64,000 nucleotides of DNA from Anaerovoracaceae bacterium. Lineage in GTDB: Bacteria; Bacillota; Clostridia; Peptostreptococcales; Anaerovoracaceae. Of this stretch, positions 57,909-64,000 are shown piece by piece. The position numbers and the translations under genes are program-made. Where the stretch lies: assembly GCA_045545495.1 (NCBI GenBank), contig JAZQBC010000058.1, positions 17,246 to 81,245 on the forward strand, read 5' to 3'. Positions within the stretch are counted from its first letter, which is position 1. Each line of letters opens with the position of its first letter. A model generated the notes under the pieces. That model searched no databases. It was not told the origin of the DNA and saw nothing but the letters and a program-made list of their open reading frames with translations.

Positions 57909-59438
57909 ATGAGTAAGACCAACAAAAAAGTAGTTCTCGGCGAGCCGATGGACCTTAAGAAATTCATTGCGGTAGTCAGAGATCACGCTGAAGTTGAATT
58001 CTCGGAAGAATACTGTGCTCGTGTCAACAGGGCGCGTGCACTCGTCGATAAATGGGTAGACGAAGGGCGTGTCATGTACGGCATCACGACAGGCTTCGGA
58101 GCTCTGAGTGAGAAGTCGATCAGTCGAGAGGACACAGCGAAGCTCCAGGAAAACATTCTGCTTTCACACTCGGTATCCGTAGGCGAGCCGTTCACAGAGG
58201 AAGAGTGCCGCGCGGTAATGCTGATGGTACTCCAGAATCTGGGACAGGGATATAGCGGAGTCAGGCTCTGCGTGCTCGAACAGTATAGACAGTTCCTCAA
58301 TAGGGGACTCGTGCCTTGGGCTCCAAAGGAGGGCTCTGTAGGCTATCTGAGCCCTGAGGCTCATATGGCGCTGGTACTTCTCGGAAAGGGCAAAGCCTGG
58401 TATGAAGGCGAACTCATGCCCGGCGCTGAGGCCCTCAAAAAAGCAGGGCTTGAGCCGATGCAGCTCGCATCTAAGGAAGGCCTCGCACTCGTATCAGGCA
58501 CTACAACGACAACAGCTCTGGCAGCTCTCGCACTCTACGATATGATCAAGGCCGCTAAGTCCGCAGACATCATCGGCGCTATGTCGCTCGAGCTCTCGGG
58601 CGGTCAGATGAACGCCTTTGACGAAAGAGTATGCGCTGTAAGGCCTCACGCTCAGCAGATGAAAACAGCCGAAAATGTCAGAAATATACTGGCGGATTCA
58701 GATCTTATAAAGATGTATGCCGGAGTCCGCGTCCAGGATGCGCTGTCTCTTCGCTGCATACCTCAGCTTCACGGCGCTGCCAAGCACCTGTTTGAGGATG
58801 CTAAGATAACAATAGAAGTCGAGATGAATTCGTGCTGTGATAACCCGATCATTTGGCCGGAAGAGGGCAACGAGACTGTTATATCCGCATGCAACGCCGA
58901 TGCCGCGTACGTTGGAATGCAGATGGATGCCGCGTGCATAGGAGCGACCGGCATCGCCAAGATGTCTGAGAGGCGCAACAACCGCCTCATCGACGGATCG
59001 CTCTCCGATCTTCCTTGGTTCCTCATCAAGAACCCTGGATTATCATCGGGTCTTATGATCCCTCAGTACGCACAGGCAGGTCTTCTGAATGACATGCGCA
59101 TGCTCTGCACTCCTGCGACTATAGACAATACACCTACATGCGGCAACCAGGAAGACTACGTTTCGATGGGTTACAACTCAGCGAAGAAGTCCATTGCCGT
59201 TGCGGAGAAGCTCGAGTACATACTTGCGATCGAACTTCTCTCGGTATTTGAAGGACAGCAGTTCCGTGAACCGGAACTGAAGAGGTCGTCAGTGTCCCGC
59301 GATGTTCTCGATGAGATCGGAAAGAGCGTTCCTGTTCTCGAAGAGGATCAGTTCCTCTATCCGTTCATCGAATATCTGCGCGACATGATACATTCGGGCA
59401 GGCTTCTCGAGATCGCAAGAAAGCACGTAGATCTGTAG
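57909..59438 (+). CDS. aromatic-amino-acid-lyase (HAL/PAL) family protein lacking the MIO triad; candidate ergothionase-like lyase
   Basis: 'YGITTGFG', 'LLSHS' and 'NQEDYVSMG' are retained. 'GSVGYLSPEAH' replaces 'GSxGASGDLAPLAH', 'LVSGT' replaces 'NGT', and 'QDALSLRC' replaces 'QDAYSxRC'. Start at 'MSKTNKK' with RBS 'aaagggga'. Confidence 0.85.
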   Translation: MSKTNKKVVLGEPMDLKKFIAVVRDHAEVEFSEEYCARVNRARALVDKWVDEGRVMYGITTGFGALSEKSISREDTAKLQENILLSHSVSVGEPFTEEECRAVMLMVLQNLGQGYSGVRLCVLEQYRQFLNRGLVPWAPKEGSVGYLSPEAHMALVLLGKGKAWYEGELMPGAEALKKAGLEPMQLASKEGLALVSGTTTTTALAALALYDMIKAAKSADIIGAMSLELSGGQMNAFDERVCAVRPHAQQMKTAENVRNILADSDLIKMYAGVRVQDALSLRCIPQLHGAAKHLFEDAKITIEVEMNSCCDNPIIWPEEGNETVISACNADAAYVGMQMDAACIGATGIAKMSERRNNRLIDGSLSDLPWFLIKNPGLSSGLMIPQYAQAGLLNDMRMLCTPATIDNTPTCGNQEDYVSMGYNSAKKSIAVAEKLEYILAIELLSVFEGQQFREPELKRSSVSRDVLDEIGKSVPVLEEDQFLYPFIEYLRDMIHSGRLLEIARKHVDL

Positions 59439-59491
59439 ACTGCATAGGGTAGACGAATCGGAAATAGCCGATCGGTCATAAAAAATGTACG

Positions 59492-59521
59492 AAAAAAGGA
59501 GTTCGCGATGAACTCCTTTTT
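59492..59521. terminator. bidirectional rho-independent terminator
   Basis: 'aaaaaaggagttc-gcgat-gaactccttttt'. Confidence 0.85.
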
Positions 59522-59544
59522 GCATGCTCTGAATTCGCGTTCGT

Positions 59545-59690
59545 TCTGCAAGTAGACTCGCTAACGGCTCGTTGGCAACCGCTCTGCCATCGTCTTCTAC
59601 AAAGACTCGCCAATCGCGGGCCACCTGCGTAAATGAATTTCCATGACTCTGTCTTCGCCTTCGGCTCGCCAGTCGTCAGGACAATTCATC
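59545..59690. repeat. degenerate copies of the intergenic element family (copy D, inverted orientation) in the rpsI 3' UTR
   Basis: The minus strand 'ctgacgactggcgagccgaaggcgaagacag' matches copy A 'cttagcgattggcaagccgaaggcgccgacag' at 25/31. The motifs 'cgattggcgagtct' and 'cgttagcgagtct' recur nearby. Confidence 0.6.
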
Positions 59691-60092
59691 TTAACGCTTG
59701 CTGAACTGGCTGGCTCTTCTAGCTTTCTTGAGACCTGGTTTCTTTCTTTCTTTCATACGTGGGTCTCTTGTAAGGAAGCCTGCTGCCTTGAGTGCAGGTC
59801 TGTACTCCTCAGCGTCAACTTCGCAAAGAGCTCTTGCGATGCCGTGTCTGAGAGCTCCGGCCTGGCCTGTGAAACCGCCGCCGTTAACAGTAGCGATAAC
59901 ATCGAAGCTGCCGAGAGTTCCTGTCAGCTCGAGAGGTCTCTTGACTTCGTTCTTAACGATGTCCTTCTCACCAAAGTAAGTGTCGAGGTCTCTCTTGTTG
60001 ATGATGATGTTGCCTGCGCCAGGGAGAAGTCTCACTCTGGCTACGGATGACTTTCTTCTGCCTGTTGCCTGATACATAGTCTTTGCTGCCAT
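59691..60092 (-). CDS. rpsI: 30S ribosomal protein S9
   Basis: '[19 protein letters not shown]' with a C-terminal '[12 protein letters not shown]'. Confidence 0.97.
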   Translation of the reverse strand: MAAKTMYQATGRRKSSVARVRLLPGAGNIIINKRDLDTYFGEKDIVKNEVKRPLELTGTLGSFDVIATVNGGGFTGQAGALRHGIARALCEVDAEEYRPALKAAGFLTRDPRMKERKKPGLKKARRASQFSKR

Positions 60093-60109
60093 TGCTTATT
60101 CCCCCTTTC

Positions 60110-60538
60110 TTAGAATTCGTATGCTTCCGGCTTCTGAGCCTTATGTGGATGCTCAGGGCCTGCGTATACTTTGAGCTTCTTGAACATCTGACGTCCGAGT
60201 TTGCCCTTTGGCATCATGCCGCGAACTGCGTGATAGATGATCTCCTCAGGCTTCTTGGCTCTCATTTCGCCAAGGCTTGTCTCTTTGAGGCCGCCCGGAT
60301 AACCGGAATGTCTCTTGTAGATCTTGTCAGATTCTTTCTTACCGCTTACAGCTACCTTCTCAGCGTTGACTACGATTACATAGTCACCTGTGTCGATATG
60401 AGGTGTGTAGATCGGTTTTTTCTTTCCTCTCAGGATCATAGCTGCTTCAACTGCGAGCTTACCGAGAGTCTTGCCTTCTGCATCGATTACAAACCACTTG
60501 CGATCGATGTCCGCCGGCTTAGCGATGTAAGACTTCAT
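60110..60538 (-). CDS. rplM: 50S ribosomal protein L13
   Basis: 142 aa, '[16 protein letters not shown]'. Canonical rplM-rpsI pair. Confidence 0.97.
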   Translation of the reverse strand: MKSYIAKPADIDRKWFVIDAEGKTLGKLAVEAAMILRGKKKPIYTPHIDTGDYVIVVNAEKVAVSGKKESDKIYKRHSGYPGGLKETSLGEMRAKKPEEIIYHAVRGMMPKGKLGRQMFKKLKVYAGPEHPHKAQKPEAYEF

Positions 60539-60746
60539 TTTGTGTCCTTTCTGCCTACTCAGATCTGCCTATACACTTCGCGTCCTCTTGGGTACAACTG
60601 TTTTAATGCAGAGCTTCTTCGGCCCGCCTACTCAGTATCGCTTTCGCGATGCCGTTTCGGCATTACTAGTAATAAATTATTAGTGCTTCGGCTACCGGCC
60701 ATGTGGCCTGCCTAGGCTGAAGTGCGCATTCCGCGCACGCTTAGTT

Positions 60747-60775
60747 AGTATAATTGCTCAAAGCCTTGAAGTCAA
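60747..60775 (-). promoter_or_regulatory. sigma-A promoter for rplM-rpsI
   Basis: The minus strand reads TTGACT (60775-60770), 17-nt spacer, TATACT (60752-60747). This gives a ~200-nt leader before rplM. Confidence 0.55.
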
Positions 60776-60801
60776 GCGGAATACTTGATAAAATCCTCCT
60801 C

Positions 60802-61722
60802 ATGAGCAACAAATTGAAGGGCAGTATAATACTCTTGATCACTGCAATCGTGTGGGGGTCAGGATTCATAGCACAGAAGCTTGGCGGTGAAGCAATGCCG
60901 CCAATAACATTCAATGCGACGCGTCAGCTGATGGCAGCGGTAGCGCTGCTTCCGCTGGCGGTTTATAGCATTCGCTCACATGGTTATTTTTCAAAGGAGA
61001 AAAACACTTCTTCCCAGATCAGCGGCAAGGCTAAAAAAATGGTCGCCGCGGGCATCGTGTGCGGCGGCTTACTTTTGTTCGCCACGGGTCTGCAGCAGCT
61101 CGGTCTTCAGACTGTGTCTGCCGGAAAGGTAGGATTTATCTCCGCGACATATGTTGTGCTCGTGCCAATAATCGGGATATTCCTCGGAAAGAAGGCCGGG
61201 AGGAAAGCGGTTATGTGCGCTATTCTGGCTCTGTTTGGATTCGCGGTCATGAGCCTCAGCCTCGACGGCAGCATGACAAAAGGTGACTGGCTGACTCTCA
61301 TCAGCGCTGTTTTTTGTGCGGTTCAGATCTTAGCTGTCGACCACTTCGTGGATAATGACAATTTTATGCTTCTTGTCGTGCTGCAAGCGGCGGGCTGCGG
61401 CATTTTCGGGCTCCTGATCGGAGTACCGGTAGAGTCTCCGTCTTTGGCATCATTCCGTAACGCTCTTCCTATACTGCTGTACACTACATTCGTGCCTACA
61501 TGCATAGGATATCCCGGCCAGATAATAGGACAAAAGTATACTGATTCGAACACCGCTGCACTGATTCTGAGCCTCGAAGCTGTATTCGCCGCCATTTTCG
61601 GCGCAATCTTCCTTAAGGAGGTAATGAGCGCGAGGGAGGTCCTCGGAAGCGTGATCATATTCGCTGCCGTGATCATAGGGCAGTTTGAGAAGAAACCAGC
61701 AAAGGGTGTGAGCGAAGACTGA
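60802..61722 (+). CDS. DMT (EamA-like) family transporter
   Basis: 10-TM protein with 'LLITAIVWGSGFIAQK'. The start is uncertain because there is no clear RBS. Confidence 0.8.
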   Translation: MSNKLKGSIILLITAIVWGSGFIAQKLGGEAMPPITFNATRQLMAAVALLPLAVYSIRSHGYFSKEKNTSSQISGKAKKMVAAGIVCGGLLLFATGLQQLGLQTVSAGKVGFISATYVVLVPIIGIFLGKKAGRKAVMCAILALFGFAVMSLSLDGSMTKGDWLTLISAVFCAVQILAVDHFVDNDNFMLLVVLQAAGCGIFGLLIGVPVESPSLASFRNALPILLYTTFVPTCIGYPGQIIGQKYTDSNTAALILSLEAVFAAIFGAIFLKEVMSAREVLGSVIIFAAVIIGQFEKKPAKGVSED

Positions 61723-61842
61723 AAGAGCAAAAGTAAGTGGCTTTGTAAGAACATAGATAAGATACATTTAACAGGGGCGTGACACCCTGTTTTTTTGTAT
61801 AATGAAATTGGTAATCGATTAGGAAGCAGAAAGGAGTTGGGA

Positions 61843-62517
61843 ATGAAATATACAATAGCAAATCAGCCATTTACTGTGCTTACGCTGCAGATGGAGCAGG
61901 GCGAAAGTATCAAGTGCCAGAGCGGTGCGATGGCGTGGATGAGCCCCGGAATAATAATGGAAACAAAGACAGGCGGGCTCGGCGGCATGTTCAAGAAAGC
62001 GCTGGTAGGGGAATCTCTCGCACTCAACCATTACTCGGCAGAGCAGGCGGGTGAGCTTACTCTTGCAAAGCACAGTCCGGGAGACATAATGGCATTCAAT
62101 ATCAGCGATACGCCGATCATCGCACAGAAGACTTCATTCCTTGCTGCGACAGAAGGCGTCAACATGGACATCTTCCTTCAGCACAAAGCAGGCGCAGGTC
62201 TCTTCGGAGGCGAGGGCTTCATCATGCAGAAATATTCCGGCAGCGGCTACGCCTGGCTCGAGATCGACGGAGCTGTACAGGAGAGAGTGCTTGAAGCAGG
62301 CGAGAAGCTGATAGTCGACAGCGGATATGTGGCGGCTATGGAAGCAACATGCTCGATGGACATTCAGACAGTAAAGGGCCTGACAAACGTACTGCTCGGA
62401 GGCGAAGGTCTGTTCAATACTGTAGTGACCGGTCCGGGAAAGATCTGGCTCCAGACAATGCCTATCAACTCGTTGGCAATGAGCCTCTACGCTTATATGC
62501 CGCATCCAAGCAACTGA
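61843..62517 (+). CDS. TIGR00266 / AIM24-like family protein
   Basis: 'MKYTIANQPFTVLTLQMEQGESIKCQSGAMAWM...GEGLFNTVVTGPGKIWLQTMP', recognised by family resemblance. RBS 'aaaggag'. Confidence 0.7.
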   Translation: MKYTIANQPFTVLTLQMEQGESIKCQSGAMAWMSPGIIMETKTGGLGGMFKKALVGESLALNHYSAEQAGELTLAKHSPGDIMAFNISDTPIIAQKTSFLAATEGVNMDIFLQHKAGAGLFGGEGFIMQKYSGSGYAWLEIDGAVQERVLEAGEKLIVDSGYVAAMEATCSMDIQTVKGLTNVLLGGEGLFNTVVTGPGKIWLQTMPINSLAMSLYAYMPHPSN

Positions 62518-62537
62518 TATAAGCGTCTAAGGTAACG

Positions 62538-63092
62538 ATGAAGAGGAAAACGGCAAAAGAGATATTGGCGGATTCATTCCGCGAGCTTGCTCAGACCAAA
62601 AGTGTCGACAAGATCACCGTGAAGGATATAACCGAAAACTGTGGTTATTCTTCCGCTACTTTTTATCGCCAGTTCAGGGACAAGTACGACCTCATAGCGT
62701 GGGATTATTCTCGTAACGCGTCCGGGATCATGAGTAAGATCGGAGTGGATGGTTACACCTGGGTGGGAACCCTGGTGGACGGGGCGAAGTACTTTGAAGC
62801 GGAAAAAACATATCTTTCAAATCTCTTCCTTCATACATCCGGACTTGAGTCATTTATAAGGTATATGACCGAAATCAATGAAGCATATCTGCGAGGTCTC
62901 TTGCTGAGCATAATGGATTCGGACAGTCTCGATGAAAAAACGGATATGTATGTACATCTTTACTGCCATGGTACCGTTGCGCTGACATGCGACTGGGTGT
63001 TAGGGAAGTATGATGTGGCAGCGGATGATCTCGCGGAGATATTTGAGAAATCTTTGCCTGAGCCATTGCGAAAATACCTGATAAAACAATGA
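62538..63092 (+). CDS. TetR/AcrR-family transcriptional regulator
   Basis: HTH 'ITVKDITENCGYSSATFYRQFRDKYDL'. Confidence 0.85.
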   Translation: MKRKTAKEILADSFRELAQTKSVDKITVKDITENCGYSSATFYRQFRDKYDLIAWDYSRNASGIMSKIGVDGYTWVGTLVDGAKYFEAEKTYLSNLFLHTSGLESFIRYMTEINEAYLRGLLLSIMDSDSLDEKTDMYVHLYCHGTVALTCDWVLGKYDVAADDLAEIFEKSLPEPLRKYLIKQ

Positions 63093-63241
63093 GACGATTT
63101 TTGTTAAATCTCTCATTATGAGAGAAACGGTAAAGATTCTAAATTGAACGTCCTCCGTTCTTATGGATAATAATTATTGTGCACAATATAAGAGTGCACA
63201 ACATGTAAAACGATTATTATTCTGAACGGAGGACTTTAATT

Positions 63242-63688
63242 ATGACAAAGGTAGAATTTCTTCAGGAACTGGCAAAAGGATGGTTTGGTAATTCACAGCA
63301 GCATTCGATTCAGGCACAGATACTGAAACAGCGTGGATTCGGTAAGCTTGGTGACAAGATCATGGCTGAGTCCGATGAAGAATGGGAAGAGGCAAAGAAG
63401 GTCAATGCCCGTCTTATCGAGCTGGGCGTAACTCCTAAGGTTGAGCTTGTTGAGTATCCGGTATTCACCGATGTAAAGGAAATGCTCGAGTATGACTGCA
63501 AGGATGCAGCGGAAGCTCTTCCTGCAATGAGCCAGGCTCTGAGTCTGTTCGAGGATGACTATGTTACAAGAAGCATGATCCAGGAATTCATCGTAGATGA
63601 GCAGGATCACTTCAACTGGGTCAGACAGCATCTCTCACTCATGGAAGAGATCGGTATGGAAAACTATCTGATCGAGCAGCTTGGATAG
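63242..63688 (+). CDS. bacterioferritin-like (ferritin-like four-helix bundle) protein
   Basis: Alignable by eye to Bfr along its length ('VDEQDHFNW' against 'RDEEGHIDW'; C-terminal 'MGxxNYL'). Confidence 0.65.
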   Translation: MTKVEFLQELAKGWFGNSQQHSIQAQILKQRGFGKLGDKIMAESDEEWEEAKKVNARLIELGVTPKVELVEYPVFTDVKEMLEYDCKDAAEALPAMSQALSLFEDDYVTRSMIQEFIVDEQDHFNWVRQHLSLMEEIGMENYLIEQLG

Positions 63689-63711
63689 TCAGAAAGAAAG
63701 CGGATGATATT

Positions 63712-64000
63712 ATGAAAAATGCACAGACACCAGACAAGTACGACAGCATTCGAATCGGTAATCAGTTGTGCTTTCCGCTGTATGCCTGCGCGAAGGAAAT
63801 CGTCAGACAATACCGAAAACCTCTGGAAAATCTGAACCTGACATATACACAGTATCTGGTAATGATGGTGCTTTGGGAGTTCGGAGGTCTGACTGAAGGA
63901 GAACTCGGCAAGATAGTGCGCCTCGACTCCGGAACTCTAGCACCTTTGCTCAAGAGACTGGAAAAGCAAGGTTATATTAACCGTACCCGGCCTGACGATA
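63712..64000 (+). CDS. MarR-family regulator, OhrR-like (3' end lies outside the window)
   Basis: My own translation: 'MKNAQTPDKYDSIRIGNQLCFPLYACAKEI...LTYTQYLVMMVLWE...LDSGTLAPLLKRLEKQGYI'. It has the conserved OhrR sensing Cys in 'QLCFPLY'. Confidence 0.8.
   Translation, partial: MKNAQTPDKYDSIRIGNQLCFPLYACAKEIVRQYRKPLENLNLTYTQYLVMMVLWEFGGLTEGELGKIVRLDSGTLAPLLKRLEKQGYINRTRPDD

Overview
A 64-kb chromosomal segment with about 62 protein genes, one tRNA and no rRNA, CRISPR array, transposase, integrase or phage genes. The content looks like a Gram-positive anaerobe of the Clostridia or Lachnospiraceae type: lipobox binding proteins, hut-ftcD-fhs histidine fermentation, citrate lyase. The taxon cannot be proven from this window. 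Layout from left to right: (1) 1-2.9 kb, an amino-acid ABC transporter plus a DDAH-like guanidino hydrolase. (2) 3.1-5.4 kb, an SDR, a membrane-anchored HMA metal-binding protein and a GNAT. (3) 5.4-17.9 kb, a 14-gene locus headed by a GntR regulator that mixes amino-acid and sugar-phosphate enzymes. It holds two DHDPS/NAL-type aldolases, two AspC-type aminotransferases, an amino-acid ABC transporter, a PfkB kinase, a KpsF-type SIS isomerase, a Gfo/Idh/MocA dehydrogenase and an RbsD/FucU mutarotase, and I cannot assign it to a known pathway. (4) 17.9-19.9 kb, an AT-rich islet next to tRNA-Arg(CCU) with one orphan gene and about 890 nt of non-coding DNA, including five phased 53-bp repeats. (5) 20.2-32.3 kb, housekeeping and signalling genes: alr, PAP2, an ung with inserts, an HD-GYP/GGDEF pair, DUF2156, GNAT, HAD, B3/4 and cdd. 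(6) 32.7-43.0 kb, a complete formimino-branch histidine utilisation module (hutH, hutU, hutI, formimidoyltransferase, cyclodeaminase, NhaC) that also encodes a DapF-fold racemase candidate. (7) 43.4-54.2 kb, aconitase, icd, citDEF, fhs, citC and a citXG fusion. (8) 54.2-59.4 kb, a LysR regulator, an orphan protein, an SSS symporter and a histidine-ammonia-lyase paralogue that lacks the MIO triad (candidate ergothionase-type lyase). (9) 59.7-64.0 kb, rpsI-rplM, a DMT transporter, a TIGR00266-like protein, TetR, a bacterioferritin-like protein and a partial OhrR/MarR. A family of long imperfect-palindrome intergenic elements recurs at 33.4, 45.7 and 59.6 kb, with compensatory base changes between copies. 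Every call rests on reading the translations and sequence by eye; no database search was run.
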